Shown: piece by piece, positions 56,185-64,000 of the stretch
Layout: each line of letters begins with the position of its first letter
Position numbering within the stretch: the stretch's first letter is position 1
Origin: Fibrobacterota bacterium
GTDB lineage: Bacteria; Fibrobacterota; Fibrobacteria; UBA5070
Assembly: GCA_029557215.1 (NCBI GenBank)
Contig: JAKPQQ010000255.1
Span: 16 to 64,015 of the forward strand
Length of the DNA stretch: 64,000 nucleotides
Direction: 5' to 3'
Notes under the pieces: model-generated
What the model saw: the letters and a program-made list of their open reading frames with translations, nothing else
The model's database searches: none
Told to the model about the DNA's origin: nothing
Made by a program: the position numbers and the translations under genes

Positions 56185-57866
56185 AGCGCGGGACAAAAAT
56201 TGGATTCTGGCTCGCGATGGCGGCGTGGTTCCTTGCCGCCTGCGACGACCGGATCGCCGGCGGCACCAACGACGAAACCCACACCGAAGTCGCCGCGCGG
56301 TTCTACGAACCCGACGGGCGGACGGCTGCCGTGGACGCGGTGGTCCAGGTGGTCCCGCACGACGGCACCGTGGTGGCCGCGACCGGACGCATCGACGGCG
56401 AAGGCCGCCCCGTGGTCGCTCCTGTGCCCGATGGCCTCTACAAGGTCTCGGTCGCCAAGGCCGGCAACGTGGTGTACGTCGATTCGGTTCCGGCTTCCGG
56501 CGGCAGGCTGGTGCTGGCATCCGACGACACCCTGGCCGTGGCAGGTTCGCTCGCGGGCGTGGTGGCGATGCAGCCCGACCACGATCCCGCAACGGTGACC
56601 GTGAACGTGCTGGGCACCGACATCTGGACCAACGTGGGCTCGGATGGCAAATTCCGCCTGGATGGCCTGGGCGCAGGGCGGTTCCGCCTACGGTTCCTTT
56701 CCACGCTTGACAACTACACCACCACCTACCTGGTCGCGCAGGTTTCCGACGGTCCGTCGACCTCCCTTCCCGACACGGTCCGGATGGTCTACACGGGCAT
56801 TCCCGTGGTGACGGGGCTTTCGGTGCGCAACGATTCCCTCACGGGGGACCAGATCCTGTCCTGGAACCGGGTCTCGTACCGGGGGCTGCAGGACTACGTC
56901 GTCTACCGCGACACCATCGACGCCCTCGCGCCGACGCGGGTGCGCTTCGCCACGGTGTCCGACACGACCTGGCGCGACACCACCGCCTCGAGGCGGTTCG
57001 CGATCGCGAAATGGAAGTACCGCGTGGTGGTGGAGACCATGGGCGGCGACACCGGCAAATGGTACGGGTACGCCGCAGGTACGTCGGTGCCGCGCGAGCT
57101 GTCGCGTCTGGATCGAGGATCCTGGAAGGATGTCGGTCGCGCCTGGGGCGGCGAATGGTCGGATCTCGGGGGCGGGATGACGGAAATCGTCACCACCGCG
57201 GGGGCGTCGTCGGTCGTGGTCGGGGTCCGTTCCTCGGTCGACGGGCTTCTGTGGGATTCCAGCGCGGTCCAGCTTCCGGCGCGCAAGTCGGGGCAGGAGG
57301 TCGCCTGGATCGCGGGAACCGGCGCCGGCAGGATCTGGTGCTTGGGACGCAGCCTTCTGGGCGACGGGATCGATGTCCGCTGGAGCCTGGACGGCAGGGA
57401 TTGGAACGCCTCCACCTTGCCCGACAGCCTCTGGCCCACTCTCGCGCTGGGCGGCCTGCGATGGATCGGGACCCGTGATCGCGCCGCCGTCGAGGCACCC
57501 GACGGGACCGCGCTGGTGTTCCACGACGGTTCCTGGTCCAAGACGCATCTGCCGGTCGGAGTGGTCGGGGCCGACGACAGCGCGCTGTACGCCACGGGGG
57601 GCGGCTTCCATCTGTTGTCCCTCGCGTGGTCGGATCGAAGCCGGATCCTCTCCGACCTAGGCATTCCTCCCTTCTCTTCGGCCTCGCGCGTCGTGCGCTG
57701 GAACGGCACCTTCGCGGCGCTCGCCGATGGCCGCCTGTGGATCCGCGATCCGTCCGGGTGGACGCTCCGGAGCCCGGTCGGATTGAACCGCCTGGCCGTC
57801 CTTGGCGACCGACTCCTTGTCGCCGACTCGCTCGGTCTGCTCCGAACCTACACGGAAGCTCCATAG
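56181..57866 (+). CDS. lipoprotein: carboxypeptidase-regulatory-like repeats + FN3-like + Asp-box propeller-like region (module E)
   Basis: GTG at 56181 overlaps the regulator stop (GTGA); AAGGA lies 6 nt upstream. In frame within track ORF 55236..57866. Lipobox WFLAAC followed by DDRIAGGTNDETHTE. FN3-like LSVRNDSLTGDQILSWNRVSYRGLQDYVVYRD. Asp-box-like SSVDGLLWDS and WSLDGRDWNAS. Confidence 0.8.
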   Translation: MKRGTKIGFWLAMAAWFLAACDDRIAGGTNDETHTEVAARFYEPDGRTAAVDAVVQVVPHDGTVVAATGRIDGEGRPVVAPVPDGLYKVSVAKAGNVVYVDSVPASGGRLVLASDDTLAVAGSLAGVVAMQPDHDPATVTVNVLGTDIWTNVGSDGKFRLDGLGAGRFRLRFLSTLDNYTTTYLVAQVSDGPSTSLPDTVRMVYTGIPVVTGLSVRNDSLTGDQILSWNRVSYRGLQDYVVYRDTIDALAPTRVRFATVSDTTWRDTTASRRFAIAKWKYRVVVETMGGDTGKWYGYAAGTSVPRELSRLDRGSWKDVGRAWGGEWSDLGGGMTEIVTTAGASSVVVGVRSSVDGLLWDSSAVQLPARKSGQEVAWIAGTGAGRIWCLGRSLLGDGIDVRWSLDGRDWNASTLPDSLWPTLALGGLRWIGTRDRAAVEAPDGTALVFHDGSWSKTHLPVGVVGADDSALYATGGGFHLLSLAWSDRSRILSDLGIPPFSSASRVVRWNGTFAALADGRLWIRDPSGWTLRSPVGLNRLAVLGDRLLVADSLGLLRTYTEAP

Positions 57867-57918
57867 GATGCCCGCAAGCTTCAGATCCACGCTCCGCCTT
57901 CGCAAGGAGAACATCGCC

Positions 57919-60144
57919 ATGCCTGGAACCGCCCGAATCGCCCTTCTGCTCCTTCTGGGCGTCGCGGCTCCCCGCGCGGAAGTGGCGACCGCGTCGCTGG
58001 TCGCGTCGGATTCCGTCAAGGCAGGGGCCGCCGTCAACCTTCTTTCCAGCAAGGTGCGGGTCGCCGTCGGTGCCCAATGGGTCGACGTGGAAGAGGATGC
58101 CGAACTCCAGGTCGCTGCGGGGACGAGCACGGCCGCCAGGGTGTACCAGGTGGGCGGCACGTTCACGCTTCCGGCGCGTGCGCAGATCACGGGGTGCCTC
58201 TTCTGGCGCGGCGATTCGATCATGAAGGGCAAGCTTCGCGTCCACGCCAAGGCGGTGCAGCAGTATTCCCAGATCGTCAACGACACGTCGGATTTCAGCA
58301 AGGACCCGCTTCTCATCGAGCACGTGAGTGGCGACACCTACCGGCTGCGCGCCTATCCGTTCCTGCCGGGCGAGTTCCGCAAGATCCGCATCCGCTACAT
58401 CGCGCCCGTGGTTTCGGAAAACGGCGAGGTGTCGGTGCTTCCCGTCTTCGCGAAGGTGTCCGGGAACCGTCCGTCGAGCTGGACATTGGCGGTGCGTGGG
58501 AACGCCACGGGGCTCAAGCTCAAGCGCGACGAGAGCGTCTGGGCGCTGGGTTCCCCTTCCATCCAGAGCTTCGAATTCCCCGCATCCGGCTCCGCCCGCC
58601 TGGTCTGGAACGGGAGCGCATCCCTGGGTGCCGAGCGCGCCGTCTTCGACCGGATCCAGTCCGGCCCCTGGATGGGCGATTTCGTCATGTACACCGGCAA
58701 GATCCCCGACAGCCTGGCCCGCAGGGTGGAGATCCGCTCCGAGACCGTGATCCTCTGGCGCTGGATCCGTCCCGAAGGGTTCTCCGAGCCTTGCGGCGAC
58801 GACACCTGCCTGAGCGCCGACGGACAAACGGCCGCGAACCAGGCGGGTCTGATCCGCGACCTGGCCGAATGGATCGTCGCCGAAGGCAACAAGGTGGCGC
58901 TGGTGGCGGATCTGTCCCGCGACGAACCTCCGATCCTCAAGCCGATGGGCGATTCGGCGAGTTCCGAATACCGGAATCTGTCCAACTGGGTGGATGCCGC
59001 CCGGGAACCCTATGTGAAGTGGCGCACCGCTTCGCTCGCGGGTGTTCCCGGAATGGACTTGGAGAACAATCGAGCCCGTTTCGCCCGCGATCTGAAGCTG
59101 GCCGGAGCGATGTTCTCCACCGACACGTCCGTCGTCAAGCATGTCCTGGTCGTGACGGTGGGGCCCAATCCCACCGGCGCCGACTACGCGCTGCCCGCGA
59201 TCGACAGCGGTCTTCCGGAGGGCGTTTCGGTGGCGAGCACCCTGTTTTCCGGCAAGGATTCCAGCTTCGACGCCAGCCGGATGGCATGGGTGTCCAACGG
59301 CTACGCGCGAGCCTCCTGGCCGGGTGTGGATCTTCGCGCGCTGGAATCCGACCGTACCGGACGCCGGATCGGATGGATCAACGGGGTGAGGATCCCGCGA
59401 TCCCGCAACTACGCCGCCGCCACGATCTCGATCGCTTCGGCCAACGGAACGATCTCCGCGCATCCGATCATCACCAAGAACGGCAACGGGAGCTGGTTCG
59501 CGTCCCTGAACGTCCACGACCAGTCCCTGGGCAAGACCCTTCGCTGGTTGGTCGCCGACGAGAACGGCGATTCGATCGTGGGATGGACCTCCAGCCCGAC
59601 TTGGACGGAATTCGTCGACGACTCGGTGGTGCCGCGTCTTTGGGCCGCTTCGCCGCTGCGCGAGACGACGCTCCGGGGGTTCCAGTCGGATTCCGTCTTC
59701 GGGGCCAAGTTCGGCTACGTGGATTCCAGGTTTTCGCTGTTGGCGCTCCCTTCCGATTTCGTGTCGCCCGAGGAAGCCGTGGCGCTGCGGGACAGCGGCG
59801 TGCCGTTCCTGCGCGATCCGGAGATCTTCCTCGATTCCACCGCTTACAAGAGCGCGACGCGGACAAGGCTTCGTCCCAGGATCAGACCCGGGGAGCTGCG
59901 TTTGAACGCCTTCGCCGTCGGTCGTGGCCGGATCCGGATCGAGTTCCCTGGCGAGCGGCCCCGCCGCGTCCAGATCCTGGATGTCCAAGGCCGCCTGGTC
60001 CGCGAATGGACCGCCGAGGAGATCGCGGGCAGGACCCACCTGGAATGGAGCCTCGCGGGAGGCGCGTGGTCGCGTGGTGGTGTTCTGCTGGTCAGGCTCG
60101 TGGGAGCTTCGGGAGCGCGCTCCGCGCCGGTCGCCCTGCCCTGA
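57919..60144 (+). CDS. secreted VIT-domain-like protein with C-terminal sorting-tail-like domain (copy 2)
   Basis: ATG at 57919, 8 nt after AAGGAGA, inside track ORF 57802..60144. Signal MPGTARIALLLLLGVAAPRA. VIT-like VRVAVGAQWVDVEEDAELQV...FTLPARAQITGCLFWRG. Tail: RIRIEFPGERPRRVQILDVQGRLVREW...GVLLVRLVG. Confidence 0.8.
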   Translation: MPGTARIALLLLLGVAAPRAEVATASLVASDSVKAGAAVNLLSSKVRVAVGAQWVDVEEDAELQVAAGTSTAARVYQVGGTFTLPARAQITGCLFWRGDSIMKGKLRVHAKAVQQYSQIVNDTSDFSKDPLLIEHVSGDTYRLRAYPFLPGEFRKIRIRYIAPVVSENGEVSVLPVFAKVSGNRPSSWTLAVRGNATGLKLKRDESVWALGSPSIQSFEFPASGSARLVWNGSASLGAERAVFDRIQSGPWMGDFVMYTGKIPDSLARRVEIRSETVILWRWIRPEGFSEPCGDDTCLSADGQTAANQAGLIRDLAEWIVAEGNKVALVADLSRDEPPILKPMGDSASSEYRNLSNWVDAAREPYVKWRTASLAGVPGMDLENNRARFARDLKLAGAMFSTDTSVVKHVLVVTVGPNPTGADYALPAIDSGLPEGVSVASTLFSGKDSSFDASRMAWVSNGYARASWPGVDLRALESDRTGRRIGWINGVRIPRSRNYAAATISIASANGTISAHPIITKNGNGSWFASLNVHDQSLGKTLRWLVADENGDSIVGWTSSPTWTEFVDDSVVPRLWAASPLRETTLRGFQSDSVFGAKFGYVDSRFSLLALPSDFVSPEEAVALRDSGVPFLRDPEIFLDSTAYKSATRTRLRPRIRPGELRLNAFAVGRGRIRIEFPGERPRRVQILDVQGRLVREWTAEEIAGRTHLEWSLAGGAWSRGGVLLVRLVGASGARSAPVALP

Positions 60145-60146
60145 TT

Positions 60147-60169
60147 CCGGGCGCGGACGGCCGCGCCGG
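60147..60169. terminator. GC hairpin between convergent genes
   Basis: CCGGGCGCGG-acgg-CCGCGCCGG (one bulge), flanked by TT and AAA. It lies in the 32-nt gap between the stops at 60144 and 60177. Confidence 0.35.
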
Positions 60170-60176
60170 AAATCCG

Positions 60177-62711
60177 CTACGGAGCTTCGCGGGCGATTGA
60201 CGTCCCCTGTTCGGATGGTTCCCGGATTGGCGACGATTTCTGACGGCCCATGTGGAACGCGAAGAGGTTGCCTTGGGCGATCGATTCGAGCGGCGACAGG
60301 CGCGTCAGGGCGTCCTCCCAGGCATCCACGGGAATGCGGTCGAACGGATCGAGCGTGGAAAGCGCCCCGAGCATCGCCGCGTTGGCGTTGCGCGGCGCGA
60401 ATTCCGACGCCTTGAGGGAAATCGTGCGGAATCCCCGGGTGGATTCCCGGATGGAGTCCATTCCGGGGTACTGCTCGATCGCGCATCCCAGCGGGAGGAT
60501 GGCCTGGTCGTTGAGCACGATGGCTCCATCGGGTTTGAGCAGACCCAGGAATTCGGGGCGGAGGACTTCGCTCCGTTCCATGACCACGAGGATGTCGACG
60601 GATCCCGTCGCGAACACCGGCGAATGGACGTCGCCGCAGGCGAAGGTGGAACACACCGTGCCGCCCTTCTGCGCCATGCCGTGGACTTCTCCCTTCACGA
60701 TGTTCCGATCGAAGTCCCGGGAGGACTGGACCACCTGGGCGAGGACCTTGCCCAGGAACAGGTTGCCTTGGCCACCCACTCCGCAGACCGCGACACGGAC
60801 GGCGGGAGGAAGCGGTTCGCTCGTTTCGGAGTTCGAATCCGAGGCTGGGGCGATCGGCCCGGAGGTCGGGCGGCTCGCCGATTTGGCATCGTGGCGCGCC
60901 ACCGAGATCGCTTGCACCGGGCAGGCGGCGACGCACAGTTCGGCGCCTTCGCCGCATCGCGTGCACAATCCGTTGAACACGGGCGTCTCGCCGGGAGCCG
61001 TATCGATGCCGGGGCAGACGTCGCAGGCTCCGCACAGCAAGCACAGGTCCTCGTCCACGGAGAGTGTGGTGCCTTTCTTCGCGGTCCTGTCGGCGACCTC
61101 GATGCAGGCTCCTTCCAGGACCACCGTGCGGAACGATCCGGTCTCCGCATCGCGCAGGGCGGCCTCGATCGCGTGTTCCACGGCTTGGCGGTCGTAGGCG
61201 TCCACCCGTTCGGAGCGGGCGCCTTCTGCGTCCAGGGACGCGACCAGGTCGAACGGCGCCTTGCCGGATTCCGTCGTGCGCGAGGTCGGCGAGGCCTGGG
61301 CCCCGGTCATGGCGATGGCGCGGTTGTCCAGGACCACCTTCACGCCGGGAATCCGACGGAAGACGGCGTTGCGGGTGGCGTCCATGCCGGAGTGGCATTC
61401 GCTGGAGTCGCCGATCAGGCTGATGCAACGGGCCGCCATGGCCGGCTCCGACAGCACGAATCCCTGGCGCATGGATTCCGAGGCTCCCATGCAGAGGTTC
61501 AAGTCGAGCGCGCCCTGGAAATGCAGCAGCGTGGAGCATCCGATGTCGCCGAACACGAGTTCCACCTTGCCTTGGCGCTTCAGGGACTGGATCGCGAGGC
61601 TCGCCGCCTTGTACGGGCATCCGGGGCAGATGGACGGAGGACGCTTGGGGGCTCGGACGCCGGGATGCGAGATGGGCGTCTCGGGGGGGCGTCCCAAGGT
61701 TCCGTCCAACGCGGCGCCGACTTCGTCGGGAGTCCAATTCGTGAGGGTGGGATCCTTTTCCTTGCCCTGGAGCGCGATCCCGGCCTGGGCCAGCGCGCCT
61801 TCCACGAAACGTTCGCCGTCTTCGAACAGGTAGACGTTCTTGAATTTCGACACGAAGGTGCGGATGCGCTCCAACGGGAGAGGATGGACGATCCCGAGAC
61901 TCAACAACGGCGCGCGAAGCTTCCGGAGCGCCAAGGTTTCGCGCACCACCAGCGCGGCTTCGCCGGTGGCCACGATCCCGAACTCGCCGATCCCGGGGAG
62001 TTCGTCCACCAGCGGGCTCGATTCCGCCCATTGCGCGATATCCGGGATCCTGCGCACGACCCCGTGCCGGAACGCTCGGAGCGCGTCTTGCGGGAGCAGG
62101 ACATGGCCTTGGGCGGCGGCGCTCGGCGATGGAGCCACGGTGCGTGTTTCTTCGATCGCCACCACGCCCTCCGCATGGCAGAGAACCGAGGAGCACAGGA
62201 TCGCCACCGGCGTCTGGAAGCGCCGGCTCATGTCCGCGGCGATGCGCGGGGCCCGGTACAGGTCCTGGTGGTCGCGGGGTTCGACCACGGGAATCCGCAG
62301 CGACGACAGGAAATGACGCGAATCGACCAGATACTGCGTGCTCGACGGGGCGTGGTCGGTCGCGACGAACAGGACCAAGGCTCCCGTGAAGGCGCTGGAG
62401 GAAGCCGCGGATGCCACGACGTCGGCCGCCTGGAACAAGCCGGGGACCTTCATGGTCGCGATCGCGTCGCGCCCCGCGATGGCGTGGCCCATGGCGACGC
62501 CCACGGCCACGGCTTCGTTGACCGACCATCCCGCGAGAATGCGATCGGGAGCCTCCAGCATCGCTTCCATCGCTTCGGTGCTGGGGGTGCCCGGGTATCC
62601 GTTGGCGGCGTGGATTCCCGCGTGCAGCGCTCCGAGCGCGAAGGCCGTGTTGCCCTGGAGGACGCGGCGGGCGCCTACCGGAGTCGGGTAGAGATCGTTC
62701 AGGTTCGGCAT
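60177..62711 (-). CDS. indolepyruvate/2-oxoacid:ferredoxin oxidoreductase, fused alpha (IorA-like) and beta (IorB-like) modules
   Basis: ATG at 62711 inside track ORF 60177..63566. IorA-like N-terminus: GNTAFALGALHAGIHAANGYPGTPSTE. TPP region: CPGCPY...GDIGC. 2x[4Fe-4S] region: CLLCGACDVCPG...CTRCGEGAELCVAACP. A Ser/Pro linker, then IorB-like VAVCGVGGQGNLFLGKVLA. Confidence 0.85.
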   Translation of the reverse strand: MPNLNDLYPTPVGARRVLQGNTAFALGALHAGIHAANGYPGTPSTEAMEAMLEAPDRILAGWSVNEAVAVGVAMGHAIAGRDAIATMKVPGLFQAADVVASAASSSAFTGALVLFVATDHAPSSTQYLVDSRHFLSSLRIPVVEPRDHQDLYRAPRIAADMSRRFQTPVAILCSSVLCHAEGVVAIEETRTVAPSPSAAAQGHVLLPQDALRAFRHGVVRRIPDIAQWAESSPLVDELPGIGEFGIVATGEAALVVRETLALRKLRAPLLSLGIVHPLPLERIRTFVSKFKNVYLFEDGERFVEGALAQAGIALQGKEKDPTLTNWTPDEVGAALDGTLGRPPETPISHPGVRAPKRPPSICPGCPYKAASLAIQSLKRQGKVELVFGDIGCSTLLHFQGALDLNLCMGASESMRQGFVLSEPAMAARCISLIGDSSECHSGMDATRNAVFRRIPGVKVVLDNRAIAMTGAQASPTSRTTESGKAPFDLVASLDAEGARSERVDAYDRQAVEHAIEAALRDAETGSFRTVVLEGACIEVADRTAKKGTTLSVDEDLCLLCGACDVCPGIDTAPGETPVFNGLCTRCGEGAELCVAACPVQAISVARHDAKSASRPTSGPIAPASDSNSETSEPLPPAVRVAVCGVGGQGNLFLGKVLAQVVQSSRDFDRNIVKGEVHGMAQKGGTVCSTFACGDVHSPVFATGSVDILVVMERSEVLRPEFLGLLKPDGAIVLNDQAILPLGCAIEQYPGMDSIRESTRGFRTISLKASEFAPRNANAAMLGALSTLDPFDRIPVDAWEDALTRLSPLESIAQGNLFAFHMGRQKSSPIREPSEQGTSIAREAP

Positions 62712-62746
62712 GGTCGATTTCTGGTTCGGGAGGTCGGGGGGGAGAA

Positions 62747-63814
62747 TCAGTATTCGAAGACGAATCCGCCGCCGCTGGCCCCGGCGCCGTGCCCCATCAT
62801 CAGGACTTTCATGCCGAGGCGGAGCTTGCCGCTGGAGATCGCTTCGTGGAGGTTCAGCGGGACCATGGCGGCCACCGTGTTCCCGTACTTGTGGAAGCAA
62901 CTGCAGCTCTTGTCTTCCGGGATTCCCAGCAGATCGAGCTGGGCCTTCCAGGAGAGGGTCGTCTGGTCGCTGGTCAGGAAGAAATCGATGTCGGAAATCG
63001 ACAAGCCCGCCTGTTCCAGCAGGCGGCTGGATACGATCCGACAGGAATCGACGATGGATTGGTGGATGGCGGGGCCGTTCGGCATGGCCAGATTGAACAG
63101 ATCCGGAGCGAGCGGTCGGCCTTCGGCGAAGAAGGCGGTCCCGAAAGGGATGTAGGCGAACTCTCCGATGGAACTGTCGGTGTAGAAGTAGCGCGCCTGG
63201 AACTTGCGTTCTTCGCTGCGCCCGTAGAGCGCGGCCGCGAACCCGTCGCCGTTCAGGAAGATGGTGCGCGTGTCCTTCAGGACCTTGGCGTCGCCGCCGA
63301 TCCCGCCGCGATCCCCCGCGACGACCAGCACGTGTTCGTCGCCGGCGTCGATGCAGTCGAGCGCCAGGGCTGTCGCGTGCAGGAATCCGCTGCAGGCCAC
63401 CGACACGTCCATCGCGGGGATCCCTTTGCGCACCCCAAGGCCTTCCAGCACGCGCAGCGACGTCGCGGGCACGGCCTGGTCGCCGACCAGGCGGGCGTAG
63501 ACGATGCGGTCGATCCGTTCGGCGGGGACTCCGGCGTTGTCCAGGCACATCTTCGCGGCGGCGCACAGGTAGTCGGATGGGCGTTTTCCCGCCGGAATGT
63601 GGCGACGCTCCTTGATGCCGATGGAGAACTGCACCGCGCGATCCGACGCGATCAGCTTGAACTGGTCGATGATGTCCTGGTTGGTGACCACCACTTCGGG
63701 GATCCCGACACCGGTTCCCAGGAGGCGTCCGTGGCGGGTCGTGGTCCAGCGGCGCGACGGAGGGTAGCGCAGGCTGGATCCGATCATCGTCTCCGATGCC
63801 GGATTCCGTCCCAT
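62747..63814 (-). CDS. KAS III (FabH)-like protein with atypical active-site box
   Basis: Track ORF; alternative ATG at 63787. Contains MDVSVACSGFLHA (nucleophile Cys), LNGDGFAAAL and HKYGNTVAAMVP (Asn box). The PHQAN His box of FabH aligns without gaps to TSDQT. Confidence 0.8.
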   Translation of the reverse strand: MGRNPASETMIGSSLRYPPSRRWTTTRHGRLLGTGVGIPEVVVTNQDIIDQFKLIASDRAVQFSIGIKERRHIPAGKRPSDYLCAAAKMCLDNAGVPAERIDRIVYARLVGDQAVPATSLRVLEGLGVRKGIPAMDVSVACSGFLHATALALDCIDAGDEHVLVVAGDRGGIGGDAKVLKDTRTIFLNGDGFAAALYGRSEERKFQARYFYTDSSIGEFAYIPFGTAFFAEGRPLAPDLFNLAMPNGPAIHQSIVDSCRIVSSRLLEQAGLSISDIDFFLTSDQTTLSWKAQLDLLGIPEDKSCSCFHKYGNTVAAMVPLNLHEAISSGKLRLGMKVLMMGHGAGASGGGFVFEY

Positions 63815-63831
63815 CGGTCGCGTCGCGGCGT

Positions 63832-64000
63832 TCAGTTGGCCATCTCCCGCTGGATGTTGCGGACCATGTTCCCGATCACCATGTTGTCCTCGGTGGGCGA
63901 CATCATGCCGATCCCGAAGGCTTCGGAGAACTTGAATCCGAGTTCCACCAGGGCCAGGGAGTCGGCGCCGATGTCGTTCACGACGTGGCTTTCGGGCGTG
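63832..64000 (-). CDS. acyl carrier protein (5' end beyond the window)
   Basis: Hand translation of the minus strand gives ...TPESHVVNDIGADSLALVELGFKFSEAFGIGMMSPTEDNMVIGNMVRNIQREMAN, stopping at 63832..63834. The DSL phosphopantetheine attachment motif is present. Confidence 0.8.
   Translation of the reverse strand, partial: TPESHVVNDIGADSLALVELGFKFSEAFGIGMMSPTEDNMVIGNMVRNIQREMAN

Noticed and set aside
57190-62529. 1779-aa ORF on the minus strand spanning several genes
   Set aside because: It is antisense to lipoprotein E and VIT-like copy 2, and out of frame with the IOR gene. The composition is Arg/Pro/Gly-dominated. The same reasoning applies to 44917..48327, 38863..42051, 5332..8268, 31866..34775, 18318..20888, 10844..13309, 8279..9844 and 28586..30445.

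Overview
GC-rich (by eye about two-thirds G+C, not computed), gene-dense bacterial chromosomal window. Genes use Shine-Dalgarno sites, and many neighbours overlap by 1-4 nt at stop and start (ATGA, GTGA, TGATG). Recognisable housekeeping genes are pgm, greA, a holA-like gene, ilvC, truA, an HtrA-like protease, cysE, cysG, leuB, tRNA-Ser(CGA), tRNA-Gly(CCC) and a copZ-copA-csoR copper operon. Interleaved with them is a large accessory layer, and that is the main result. Five paralogous copies of a two-gene module lie in this 64 kb. Each module is a TIGR02147/DUF4423-type putative HTH protein followed almost immediately by a lipoprotein. Three of the four visible lipoproteins have carboxypeptidase-regulatory-like repeats + DUF2341 + a LamG-like domain; the fourth has FN3-like + Asp-box propeller-like regions; the partner of the fifth module would lie off-window. 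Each module sits beside signal-peptide proteins: two BNR-propeller/CBM3 proteins, two VIT-like proteins and two copies of an unknown family. A gutted GH18 gene also abuts one module end to end. The VIT-like, unknown-family and GH18 proteins, plus one more hypothetical, end in a FlgD-Ig/T9SS-like C-terminal tail. I consider this repeated regulator + surface-lipoprotein + secreted-cargo arrangement the best candidate for an undescribed system. Secondary oddities:
- a receiver, micro-ORF and PilB/GspE-like ATPase unit
- a cluster of FHA protein, membrane HTH-tail protein and FliK-like (Flg_hook) protein
- a KaiC-like ATPase + scramblase-like pair in the holA operon
- an ACP, KAS III-like (catalytic His apparently lost) and fused IorAB cluster
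- a CsoR-type operator in a divergent region shared with a TonB-dependent receptor
- an 831-aa protein with modular Cys-pair repeats

The TIGR02147 expansion, CBM3 and the tail type suggest a Fibrobacterota/FCB-like lineage, but this is unproven. I saw no CRISPR array, rRNA, transposase or integrase. The many very long R/P/G-rich ORFs in the track are out-of-frame or antisense shadows of real genes. All domain calls rest on motif recognition by eye, since no searches could be run.
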